64,000 nt of DNA. It comes from Clostridia bacterium. Lineage in GTDB: Bacteria; Bacillota; Clostridia; Christensenellales; UBA1242. The position numbers were made by a program, and so were the translations under genes. Positions within the stretch are counted from its first letter, which is position 1. The number at the start of each line of letters is the position of its first letter. A model generated the notes under the pieces. That model saw only the letters and a program-made list of their open reading frames with translations, was not told the origin of the DNA and did no database searches. The stretch is from positions 478,497 through 542,496 of the forward strand of contig JAFQTP010000002.1 in NCBI GenBank assembly GCA_017409005.1, read 5' to 3'. Shown piece after piece: positions 53,408-62,109 of the stretch.

Positions 53408-54694
53408 TTGGAAATATATGTTGTAAAACAAGGCGACACAATTTATAAAATTGCCGAAATGTTTAATGTGTCTGCCGAAAAAATTATTGCCGACAACGAA
53501 TTAACCGAAAACGCTGTTAATAATTTAGTTGTTGGGCAAACACTTGTAATAATGCTTGAAAACTCAACCCACACAGTTGTTAGTGGCGACACACTTTTTA
53601 AAATTGCAAAACAATATAATGTTAGTTTATCAGACCTAACAAAGGCAAACCCACAAATAACCAATCCGCTAAATTTAACCATTGGCAGTGTTATAAACAT
53701 TCCCAAACTTGCCACAAACAAACGTGAAATTGAGGTTAATGGCTATTGTTTTCCAAACATTAGCCGCGAGGTTTTAAGTAAAACCTTGCCAAGTCTTACA
53801 TACTTAAGTATTTTTAGTTATGAAGTGTACCCAAATGGTAACTTAAACAATTTAAATAACGACACCGTTTTAATTGAACTTGCAAGGCAAAATAATGTTG
53901 CTCCAATGATGGTTGTAACTAACATTGAAGAGGGGGCATCGTTTTCAAGCGAACTTGCACATCAAGTTTTGTCTAGCCCGGTTAATCAAGCCAATTTAAT
54001 TAACAACATTTTAACCACTATGCAACAAAAAAATTACTATGGGGTTGACATCGATTTCGAGTATTTATATCCTGAAGATAGGGAACTTTACAATCAATTT
54101 TTGCAGGCATTAAGTTTGGCAATTAAACCGCAGGGTTTTATTTTAACAACTGCAGTTGCGCCAAAAACTTCAAGCAATCAAGAGGGTATTTTATACGAGG
54201 CTCACGACTATGCTTTTCATGGCAGGGTTTCCGACCATGTTATAATTATGACCTACGAGTGGGGTTACACCTATAGTGCACCACGTGCTGTTGCTCCGGC
54301 ACCAGAAGTGAAAAGGGTGTTAGATTATGCCGTAACTCAAATTCCTAGTCAAAAAATTTTAATGGGTATGCCAAACTATGGCTACGATTGGAATGTTCCG
54401 TATGTAGAGGGCACGGCAGCTTCGGCAATTTCAAACACCGGTGCAGTAAATTTGGCACGTGAAGTTGGTTCGTTTATAAACTACAGCACATCTGAACAAG
54501 CACCATATTTTAATTATTACACTCCAAACCAACAACACGAAGTGTGGTTCGACGATGCAAACAGTGTTAAAACCAGATTACAATTTGTGTCTGATTATAA
54601 TCTGGGTGGGGTTAGTTACTGGACAATTAATTCCTATTTCCCACAAAATTGGCTAGTTTTAAACGCAATGTATAACGTTAAAAAATTGGTGTAA
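53408..54694 (+). CDS. LysM-LysM-GH18 protein (SleL/YaaH-like spore cortex-lytic N-acetylglucosaminidase family)
   Basis: Two LysM repeats (YVVKQGDTIYKIAEMFNV, HTVVSGDTLFKIAKQYNV) plus the GH18 catalytic motif YGVDIDFEYL. TTG 53408 (8 nt after GAGG) is preferred over GTG 53399, but the start is uncertain. Confidence 0.82.
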   Translation: MEIYVVKQGDTIYKIAEMFNVSAEKIIADNELTENAVNNLVVGQTLVIMLENSTHTVVSGDTLFKIAKQYNVSLSDLTKANPQITNPLNLTIGSVINIPKLATNKREIEVNGYCFPNISREVLSKTLPSLTYLSIFSYEVYPNGNLNNLNNDTVLIELARQNNVAPMMVVTNIEEGASFSSELAHQVLSSPVNQANLINNILTTMQQKNYYGVDIDFEYLYPEDRELYNQFLQALSLAIKPQGFILTTAVAPKTSSNQEGILYEAHDYAFHGRVSDHVIIMTYEWGYTYSAPRAVAPAPEVKRVLDYAVTQIPSQKILMGMPNYGYDWNVPYVEGTAASAISNTGAVNLAREVGSFINYSTSEQAPYFNYYTPNQQHEVWFDDANSVKTRLQFVSDYNLGGVSYWTINSYFPQNWLVLNAMYNVKKLV

Positions 54695-54698
54695 AACA

Positions 54699-54732
54699 AA
54701 AAAAGAAGTGTTAATTATAACGCTTCTTTTTT
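54699..54732. terminator. bidirectional terminator
   Basis: AAAAAAGAAGTGTTA-ATTA-TAACGCTTCTTTTTT between convergent genes. Confidence 0.75.
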
Positions 54733-54744
54733 ATTTTATTTAAA

Positions 54745-55140
54745 CTATTTTTTCTTTTTATTCTTATTAATTAGGTGGTTAATTCCAGCAATGTCGCTAA
54801 CAGGCATGCTAAAACATAGTCCACGACCTTCGTCATTTAGGTTAGAGGCCTCGCAAATTTTCTTCATAATTTCATTGCGTTTATCTCGATATACCAAAAT
54901 TAAAACCAGTTCTTTTTCTGGGTGAATTTTAACACCTAAAACCGAGTCGTTTTCATGAACGCCGGTTCCACGACCATTAATAATTGTTCCACCACTTGCT
55001 CCTGCATCACGAGCAGCATCAACAATGTAATCTGAAAAACCACGGTTAATAACAACAACAATTAAATCAAACTCTTTGTTTTTTGTTTTTGCAACCGATT
55101 TATTAACTTCTTTAACTTTATCATAATTAATTTTTGCCAT
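54745..55140 (-). CDS. P-II-like signal-transduction protein (paralogue B)
   Basis: 131 aa. FDLIVVVINRGFSDYIVDAARDAGASGGTIINGRGTGVHENDSVLGV shows a PII beta-alpha-beta fold and a T-loop-like segment. Confidence 0.78.
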   Translation of the reverse strand: MAKINYDKVKEVNKSVAKTKNKEFDLIVVVINRGFSDYIVDAARDAGASGGTIINGRGTGVHENDSVLGVKIHPEKELVLILVYRDKRNEIMKKICEASNLNDEGRGLCFSMPVSDIAGINHLINKNKKKK

Positions 55141-55486
55141 TTTGCACCTCTATATTTAAAGATTCAAGCAGTTCAAGTGTGGCACTGCTTGGTTGTAAGG
55201 TAAACACCAGCCCCGAGTGTTCAACATTTAAGTGTAGGTCGGTGTATATTAGTTCAACAAGCGCTTTGCTTCGGTCTTCATCAATAAAGCAGGCAATAAT
55301 ATCACGCTCAACAACACCAAATCCAAAAATGTCAGCCATTTCCGATTTTGCTGTGCCTCGTCCTTGCAACTTTAAAACCTGATTAATGTGGTTATTTTCT
55401 AAAAGTTCAATAACATTTTCGCCCTCGCCACGGTTAACAATAACAATCATAACTTCAAATGGGCATTTCATTTTTTGCTTTTTCAT
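55127..55486 (-). CDS. P-II-like signal-transduction protein (paralogue A)
   Basis: 119 aa. FEVMIVIVNRGEGENVIELLENNHINQVLKLQGRGTAKSEMADIFGFG. Overlaps both neighbours. Confidence 0.75.
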   Translation of the reverse strand: MKKQKMKCPFEVMIVIVNRGEGENVIELLENNHINQVLKLQGRGTAKSEMADIFGFGVVERDIIACFIDEDRSKALVELIYTDLHLNVEHSGLVFTLQPSSATLELLESLNIEVQNGKN

Positions 55487-57015
55487 TAGTCATCGTCTCC
55501 AAATTCAAATTCAATAATTTCAATAGGTTTTTTAGCTTTAGGTTTTTCTTTTGCTTTTTGATAGTGTGTAATTAGTCTGTAAATTAAACCTAAAATTGAA
55601 ATGGCTAAAATAGGCAAGCAAGCAATTAGAGCAATTGTTCCAAACGAACCAGTCATAATATTAATATCTTTAGCTACGCAAATACCCATAACAAATGGCA
55701 AAATAAAACTTGTTGACATTGTTCCCGATGCAACGCCACCACTATCAAATGCTAGGGCAGTGAATATTGGTGTGCAGAAGCATGAACAAATTAATGTAAC
55801 AATGTATAATGGCAAAATTAAAGTTAGGTAATTAAAATTATATAAAACTCTAACAATGGCTAGCACCAAACTTAGTGCAACACCAATTGCCATGGTTATC
55901 ATCATAACATTTTTACTAATAACACCATGTGTAATATCTTCAACTTTTTTATTTAAAACATGCACGGCAGGCTCGGCAAAAACAACTAAAAGTCCCATTA
56001 GTGCAGCAATTGGAATAAGTAACCAATTAAATTCCGAATTTGCTAATTGATATCCAATAACACTTCCAATTGGTAAAAATCCGGTTGTAACACCTGTTAA
56101 GAAAATAACAATACCAAAGTAAGTATATAAAAGTCCAATAATTATCTTTAAAATTTGGCTTTTAGGATATTTTAAAAATATTGCATTATAAATAAAAAAG
56201 AAAACAACAATAGGGGTTAAAACTAAAGCTATTTCGCCCAAATTATCAATAAACGAAAGTCCAAAATTTTGTAAAATATCTAAAAATGTTCCGCTTTGTG
56301 TTTGTGTTATAACTGTTTGAGTTGCTTCAATATCGGAATTTACAAATAAACACATAAAAAGAGTTGTAATAAGCGGACCAACACTGGTTAGGGCAATAAG
56401 TCCAAAACTATCCTCTTCTTCGCTACGTCCACTTCTAACAGCGCTAATACCTGAAGCAAACGCTAAAATAAATGGAACCGAAATAGGTCCGGTTGTAACA
56501 GCGCCCGAGTCAATTGACACAGGTAGGTAAGCGGGGTTAACTAAAAGCATTAGCACAAAAACTATAACATAAGAAATAACTAAAACGGTGCGTAATTTTA
56601 TTTGGAAAATAATTCTTAAAACGGCAAGTGCTAAAAATACGCCAACTCCAAGCGAAACTGCAAAAATAAACAACCATTTGTTAATCGACGAAACTTGACC
56701 TGCTAGCACCGATAAATCTGGCTCGGCAAGGGTAATAATAAGTCCAAGTAAAAAGGAAAAAATTAAAAGAGTAAAAAGTTTGCGTGATTTGCTTAAATTT
56801 CCGCCAATACTGCTTCCAATTGTAAACATGGCACTATCGGCACCCACGGTAAATAATGCCATGCCCACAACAAGTAGCACAGCCGAAATTGCAAATTTGC
56901 CAAGGTCGTAACCTGAAAGTGGCGTAATTGAAACACCTAAAATAACAACCAAAGCAACAATTGGAAATATTGAAATAAAACTTTCTTTTATTTTATTAAA
57001 AAAATTTTTTGCCAA
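55486..57015 (-). CDS. DUF1538-family polytopic membrane protein (duplicated domain), putative transporter
   Basis: 509 aa with ~12 TM segments. LLVVGMALFTVGADSAMFTIGSSIGGNL and repeated GPISVPFILA / TSFILPFVMG motifs are typical of DUF1538. Confidence 0.78.
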   Translation of the reverse strand: MAKNFFNKIKESFISIFPIVALVVILGVSITPLSGYDLGKFAISAVLLVVGMALFTVGADSAMFTIGSSIGGNLSKSRKLFTLLIFSFLLGLIITLAEPDLSVLAGQVSSINKWLFIFAVSLGVGVFLALAVLRIIFQIKLRTVLVISYVIVFVLMLLVNPAYLPVSIDSGAVTTGPISVPFILAFASGISAVRSGRSEEEDSFGLIALTSVGPLITTLFMCLFVNSDIEATQTVITQTQSGTFLDILQNFGLSFIDNLGEIALVLTPIVVFFFIYNAIFLKYPKSQILKIIIGLLYTYFGIVIFLTGVTTGFLPIGSVIGYQLANSEFNWLLIPIAALMGLLVVFAEPAVHVLNKKVEDITHGVISKNVMMITMAIGVALSLVLAIVRVLYNFNYLTLILPLYIVTLICSCFCTPIFTALAFDSGGVASGTMSTSFILPFVMGICVAKDINIMTGSFGTIALIACLPILAISILGLIYRLITHYQKAKEKPKAKKPIEIIEFEFGDDD

Positions 57016-57208
57016 AACTTTATCCTGTGTTTAATTTCTATTGGTTTACAACCATCTCTCATATTTTATTTTTAAAACAAAACAAAGTCAAACAATAAAC
57101 CTAAATATATAATTATATATTTAAATTTATATATTTAAATGCTAATAAATTAATTTCCCATTCGGACTACTTTATGTTAGAATATTAAAAATATTAAAAT
57201 GGTGAATT

Positions 57209-57796
57209 ATGGCAGATATTAAAGACGAATTTATTGAAATATACGAAAAACACATAACACGTGAGGGCAGCAAAGAACTTTTAAAATGGCTTTTGCAATC
57301 CGATTTTTTCACAGCACCAGCAAGCACTAGGTTTCATTCTAGTTACGAGGGTGGTTTGTGTGAACATAGCGTAAAAGTTTATAAGCGTTATTTAAACATG
57401 ATTAAATCTGAGTATGGCGAAAATTACGAGCAGGTTATATCTAACGAAAGCATAGCAATAATTGCACTGCTTCACGATGTGTGCAAAGTTAATTGTTATA
57501 AAGTTGATTATCGTAATGTTAAAGACGAAACTGGCACTTGGGTTAAACAACCATACTACACATTTGACGAAGATTTGCCTTATGGTCATGGCGAAAAATC
57601 TGTTTATATAATTAATGGTTTTTTAAGGCTAACTAGGGAAGAGGCAATTGCAATAAATTGGCATATGGGTGGTTTCGATATGCGAGCAAAAAGTGGTTCT
57701 TCAACATATGCTAATGCTTACTATAAATTTCCAATTGCTTGTTTATTTCATGCTGCCGATACACTAACCACATATCTAGACGAATCGCAAAACTAA
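57209..57796 (+). CDS. HD-domain phosphohydrolase-like protein
   Basis: 195 aa. H...HD metal motif (GGLCEHS ... IALLHDVCK ... GHGEKS). Confidence 0.75.
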   Translation: MADIKDEFIEIYEKHITREGSKELLKWLLQSDFFTAPASTRFHSSYEGGLCEHSVKVYKRYLNMIKSEYGENYEQVISNESIAIIALLHDVCKVNCYKVDYRNVKDETGTWVKQPYYTFDEDLPYGHGEKSVYIINGFLRLTREEAIAINWHMGGFDMRAKSGSSTYANAYYKFPIACLFHAADTLTTYLDESQN

Positions 57797-57868
57797 TAAA
57801 AGTATATTATAAACATCAAGCAAATAGCATATAAAATTAATTAAATGTTGGGTACTATGCAAATTAAT

Positions 57869-57897
57869 AAAAAACCAAAGAATTTCCTTGGTTTTTT
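57869..57897. terminator. bidirectional terminator between the HD gene and nrdR
   Basis: AAAAAACCAAAG-AATTT-CCTTGGTTTTTT. Confidence 0.8.
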
Positions 57898-57925
57898 GTG
57901 TTTGCATAGTAGTGAAATTAATGGT

Positions 57926-58399
57926 TTATTTTTTGTTGGTTAACATATCTTCAAATTCTTTAATAAAATCCATAAAGTGTGTTACATCAGTAAATTTTCT
58001 GTAAACCGAAGCAAATCTAATGTAAGCAACTTCATCAATGCTTTTAAGTTTTTCCATAATCATTTCGCCAATTTCCGACGATTTTATTTCTTGTTTTAAA
58101 CTGTTTTGAATTTGCTTTTCAATGTCATTAACCATTTCGTCTATTTGAGCAACTGAAACAGGGCGTTTTTCACAAGCGCGCATAATGCCTTGTTTAATTT
58201 TTAGAGGATTAAAACTCTGGCGGCTTTCGTCGTTTTTAACAACCATAATTGGCAGCATTTCAACAGTTTCATAGGTGTTAAAACGCTTTTGGCAGTCTGG
58301 GTTTAAACATTCGCGTCTGCGTCTAATTTGGTTGTTTTCGTCAATATATCTAGAATCAATAACTTTGCTGTCTTTGCAGCCACAGTAAATACATTTCAT
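57926..58399 (-). CDS. nrdR: transcriptional repressor NrdR
   Basis: 157 aa. Zinc ribbon MKCIYCGC...CLNPDCQKRFNTYE plus an ATP-cone. Confidence 0.95.
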   Translation of the reverse strand: MKCIYCGCKDSKVIDSRYIDENNQIRRRRECLNPDCQKRFNTYETVEMLPIMVVKNDESRQSFNPLKIKQGIMRACEKRPVSVAQIDEMVNDIEKQIQNSLKQEIKSSEIGEMIMEKLKSIDEVAYIRFASVYRKFTDVTHFMDFIKEFEDMLTNKK

Positions 58400-58479
58400 G
58401 TTTAATTCTTCCTTAAATTTGCTGTGGTTATTATATCATGCAAATGTTGTAGACTGCAAACAAAAACAACATTTTGTGT

Positions 58480-58839
58480 TTATGAGGAGTGATATTCGTT
58501 AAATGTTGTGTTTTGGTTTTGTTGGCATTCACAATTGTTTTCGGCGCAAGTTGTGCAATTAGGTTCTTCGTAAGCGTTGGTTTTAACGTTTTGAGTGTTA
58601 ACCGGATTTAATTCAACTAAAATAACATCTTTGCCAATTTTGCAAATTCGGTTAAAGGGTATAAACACATCGCAATTGTTTTTTAAAAAACTAAAAAAAG
58701 TTTTCTCGCCAGGAACAACTATTCCAGTTATTCTTGCCGAGCACGAATCAAACACAATATCAACAATGTTTCCAAGCAACTTTCCATCGCAAATGTTAAC
58801 AACTTCTTTTGCTCGTAGGTCGCAAAACGTTATCTCCAT
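58480..58839 (-). CDS. YlmC/YmxH-family sporulation protein (PRC barrel) with a Cys-containing C-terminal tail
   Basis: DLRAKEVVNICDGKLLGNIVDIVFD...ITGIVVPGEK...IPFNRICKIGKDVILVEL. The tail contains CTTCAENNCEC. Confidence 0.85.
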   Translation of the reverse strand: MEITFCDLRAKEVVNICDGKLLGNIVDIVFDSCSARITGIVVPGEKTFFSFLKNNCDVFIPFNRICKIGKDVILVELNPVNTQNVKTNAYEEPNCTTCAENNCECQQNQNTTFNEYHSS

Positions 58840-58919
58840 ATAAAACCTTAACTTAAGTTTTTAATAATATATGACAAAATTCAACATTTAAGTACTTTTT
58901 TGTTTTTCAGTTTGGTGGT

Positions 58920-58948
58920 GCATATTTTAATCTTTTTTTTCACAAAGT
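58920..58948 (+). promoter_or_regulatory. candidate sigma-E-type (mother-cell) promoter of the membrane-protein/spoIIP operon
   Basis: GCATATT, 14 nt, CACAAAGT, compared with the B. subtilis sigma-E consensus as I recall it (kmATATT-N14-CATACAmT). Confidence 0.35.
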
Positions 58949-58966
58949 AAACCTAAGAGGTTAATT

Positions 58967-59530
58967 ATGCCAATAGGGTTTATGTTTTTAGGCGTTGTGT
59001 TAATATATGAACTTTGTTTTGAGTCAAACAAAATGCAAAAATTTTTTGCACTTGTTTTTTGTGCATTTACAATGCTTGGTTATTTTATAAGTCCAATCGA
59101 TTTTGGCAAACTTTCGGTTAATATAATAATTGTAATTTCGGCGCTTGTTTTGGTGATTTATTTTGCTAAAGATTTTAATAAAACCGAAAAAATTAACTTG
59201 CTTACTTTTAGTTTGTTTGTGTCGCTTTTTTACATTGTTATAACATTTATTAATTCCGATTATATTTTAACGTTAAATCCATATCCGGTTTTTACACTTG
59301 TTATGCTTATTTGCGTAATATCGTTAAAAAACATAAAGTTTGTTATAAGTTTTTTAATGCTTTCATTTTTACTTTTAAACTTGTGTAATTTGTTTGTTGA
59401 ACGTGGGCTGGGATATATCAATTTTGCAAATTTAGAGCTTTTTAACTTAATGCTTGTTGGTGTTGCAGTGCTAGCATTGTTTAAAATTATTATTTCTTTA
59501 ATGGGGTCTTTAAAAAGGAGTGGGTTATGA
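58967..59530 (+). CDS. hypothetical polytopic membrane protein co-transcribed with spoIIP
   Basis: 187 aa with ~6 TM segments. SD AGAGG. Its TGA stop overlaps the spoIIP ATG (ATGA). Confidence 0.65.
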   Translation: MPIGFMFLGVVLIYELCFESNKMQKFFALVFCAFTMLGYFISPIDFGKLSVNIIIVISALVLVIYFAKDFNKTEKINLLTFSLFVSLFYIVITFINSDYILTLNPYPVFTLVMLICVISLKNIKFVISFLMLSFLLLNLCNLFVERGLGYINFANLELFNLMLVGVAVLALFKIIISLMGSLKRSGL

Positions 59531-60648
59531 AAAAGTTTTTGTTTTTCTGTGTGCTAGTTTTAATGGTTTGTCTTATTCCAAATTCAATAGGTTTAGTGCA
59601 TGCTGAGGATGAGGAACTAGAAGATGTTAATAATCCGTTTATAGTTTACACCGAACAGGGACAATATTTGTTTGAACGAAGCGATGTGCAAGTGTTAGAT
59701 AATTATATTTCTAAAGATTTTAAAATGTATGAAATTGTAAGCACAAATCCGCAAAATCACACAGCAATTGCAAAATTTGTAAGATTTTTAGATAAGCCAA
59801 ATGTTTCGGTGAATCCAAATCCAAACCAAATTTCGGCAACCGACCGAACCATTTGTTTATATTTAACACACAACGACGAAAGTTTTACTCCGTCCGATGG
59901 TTACGATAGCATTTACGGTGCAGGTGGAATTCACGATGTTGCAAAGGAACTAAAAAAAAGTTTTCAATCTCTTGGCATTAATGTTGTTCTCGACGAAACA
60001 CTGCACATTCCGCACGACACTTTGGCATATTCGCGTAGCCAAGTAACAGCAAAAAGTTTGCTAAACGCATATTCGCCAGATGCATTGTTTGATATTCATC
60101 GCGATGGTGTTAGTCGAAAATATTACGCTACTGAAGTTGATGGTGAAGAATATAGTAAAATTAGAATTGTGGTTGGACAGGCAAATCCAAACATGGACGA
60201 AAATTTGGAATTTGCAATGTATCTGCTTAGTGTTGCCGAAGAAAAATATCCGTGGTTGTTTGCCGATATTTACTATGCCAAAGGGCACTATAATCAAGGT
60301 TTATATAACAAATCACTTTTATTTGAAATGGGCACCTATTTAATAGAAAAAGAGCTTGTTTTAAAAAGTGTTGAACCTTTAGTAGACGTTATTAACACGG
60401 CACTATTTAACACCACTGTTAATGAAGAAAGTGGCGAAATTACCATTGGAGGAACCGAAACCGAGGCAACTCCAACAGTTAACGAACATTTTAATAGGTT
60501 AACAGAGCAAAGCAATTCCACGGCAATTATTTTAACAATTGTTGTTAGTGTTGTTGGTTTTATAACTGCTGTTGCAATTGTGATTTTAATTGTAAAAGAT
60601 ATAAAATACAATAAACAACAAAAAAATGGTAAAAACTCAAAAAAATAG
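59527..60648 (+). CDS. spoIIP: stage II sporulation protein P (engulfment amidase/endopeptidase family)
   Basis: 373 aa. The SpoIIP core ICLYLTHNDESFTPSDGYDSIYGAGGIHDVAKELKKSFQSLGINVVLDETLH...FDIHRDG, with an N-terminal signal/anchor plus an extra C-terminal TM helix. Confidence 0.88.
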   Translation: MKKFLFFCVLVLMVCLIPNSIGLVHAEDEELEDVNNPFIVYTEQGQYLFERSDVQVLDNYISKDFKMYEIVSTNPQNHTAIAKFVRFLDKPNVSVNPNPNQISATDRTICLYLTHNDESFTPSDGYDSIYGAGGIHDVAKELKKSFQSLGINVVLDETLHIPHDTLAYSRSQVTAKSLLNAYSPDALFDIHRDGVSRKYYATEVDGEEYSKIRIVVGQANPNMDENLEFAMYLLSVAEEKYPWLFADIYYAKGHYNQGLYNKSLLFEMGTYLIEKELVLKSVEPLVDVINTALFNTTVNEESGEITIGGTETEATPTVNEHFNRLTEQSNSTAIILTIVVSVVGFITAVAIVILIVKDIKYNKQQKNGKNSKK

Positions 60649-60660
60649 CAATAATTAAAC

Positions 60661-60693
60661 AAAAAAAGGACTATAACAAATAGTCCTTTTTTG
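60661..60693 (+). terminator. intrinsic terminator
   Basis: AAAAAAAGGACTAT-AACAA-ATAGTCCTTTTTTG. Confidence 0.75.
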
Positions 60694-60782
60694 TAATAAT
60701 TTTATGTTAATAGTGTTATTAAACTTGATTAAAAATGGGTTTTTTAGTAAACTCTAACTAGACTAAAATAGGAAGGTGCGAG

Positions 60783-62108
60783 TTGGAAAAACCACTTGTT
60801 GCTGTTGTTGGCCGACCAAACGTTGGTAAAAGCACATTTTTTAATAGAATCGCAGGTAAAAAAATTAGCATTGTTAAAGATATGCCTGGTGTTACACGCG
60901 ATCGTATTTATGCCGATGCAGAATGGTGTGGGCATGCTTTTACTATTGTAGATACTGGTGGATTAGACGTAAAAAATAAAGACGAGTTTCAACAAAACAT
61001 AACTAGGCAAGCTGAACTTGCTGTAGAACTTGCACAAGTAGTGCTACTATTTGTAGATGGCAAACAAGGCTTAATGCCTGCAGATTATGATGCTGCAAAT
61101 TTCTTACGTAAATACAAAGTTCCAATTGTTTTAGTTGTTAACAAAATTGATAATAACGAACTTGAAAAAACCTACGAATTTTATAATTTGGGTTTGGGCG
61201 AACCAATTGCTATTTCTTCCGAATTAAACAAAGGCATTGGCGACCTTTTAGATGTTATTGTTTCAAAATTTAAAACTAAAGTAGATTCGTCGGTTGACGA
61301 TAATAAAATAAAAGTTGCAATTGTTGGTAAACCAAATGCAGGCAAAAGCAGCCTAGTAAACAAACTTCTTGGCGAAAATCGTGTTATGGTTTCAAATGTT
61401 GCTGGCACCACACGTGATGCAATCGATTCGCCATTTAAATATAATGGGCAAGAATATTTGCTTATTGATACTGCTGGCATTAGGCGTAAAAGCAAAATCG
61501 ATAAAGATTCGGTTGAGCAATATAGCGTAATCAGAAGTTTCGAGGCGATTAGACGTGCAGATGTTGTTGTTTTGGTTGTAGATAGTGTTGAGGGGCTTAG
61601 CGAGCAAGATGTTCGAATTGCAGGCTTTATTCATGAAGAAGGAAAGCCAAGCGTTATTTTAATGAATAAATGGGATGCTATTGAAAAAGATACTTATTCC
61701 ATGAACAAGTTTAACGAAAAACTTGCCGAAGACTTAAAGTTTATGGATTATTTCGAGGCTTTATATGGCAGTGCGTTAACAGGCTTAAGAATAAACAAAC
61801 TTATGGATAGTGTTAACAAAGTGTTAGATAACGCTTCACGCCGTATAACAACCGGAACATTAAACGATATTTTACAAAACGCAGTTTTAACAAACGAACC
61901 TCCAACAAAAAATGGAAGAAGATTGAAAATTTATTATATAACTCAACCTTCAACAAATCCTCCAACATTTGTGTTGTTTGTTAACGATAAAGATTTAATG
62001 CATTTTTCATATTTAAGATATTTAGAAAATTGTATCAGAAATGCTGTTGATTTTAAGGGAACTCCAATAAGATTATTGGTTAATAGTAAAAAAGAGAAGG
62101 ACGTGTAA
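60783..62108 (+). CDS. der: ribosome-biogenesis GTPase Der (EngA)
   Basis: 441 aa. TTG start after GGAAGGTG. Tandem G domains (GRPNVGKST...DTGG; GKPNAGKSS...DTAG) plus a KH-like C-domain. Confidence 0.95.
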   Translation: MEKPLVAVVGRPNVGKSTFFNRIAGKKISIVKDMPGVTRDRIYADAEWCGHAFTIVDTGGLDVKNKDEFQQNITRQAELAVELAQVVLLFVDGKQGLMPADYDAANFLRKYKVPIVLVVNKIDNNELEKTYEFYNLGLGEPIAISSELNKGIGDLLDVIVSKFKTKVDSSVDDNKIKVAIVGKPNAGKSSLVNKLLGENRVMVSNVAGTTRDAIDSPFKYNGQEYLLIDTAGIRRKSKIDKDSVEQYSVIRSFEAIRRADVVVLVVDSVEGLSEQDVRIAGFIHEEGKPSVILMNKWDAIEKDTYSMNKFNEKLAEDLKFMDYFEALYGSALTGLRINKLMDSVNKVLDNASRRITTGTLNDILQNAVLTNEPPTKNGRRLKIYYITQPSTNPPTFVLFVNDKDLMHFSYLRYLENCIRNAVDFKGTPIRLLVNSKKEKDV

Positions 62109-62109
62109 T

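Noticed and set aside
55134-56050. Plus-strand ORFs antisense to the PII-like and DUF1538 genes.
   Set aside because: They are shadow ORFs inside a well-supported minus-strand operon.
60744-60935. 63-aa ORF antisense to the der start. ORFs 61181-61634 (-), 62296-62500 and 63093-63311 (-) were treated the same way.
   Set aside because: All lie inside conserved genes (der, plsY, spoIVA) on the wrong strand or frame.
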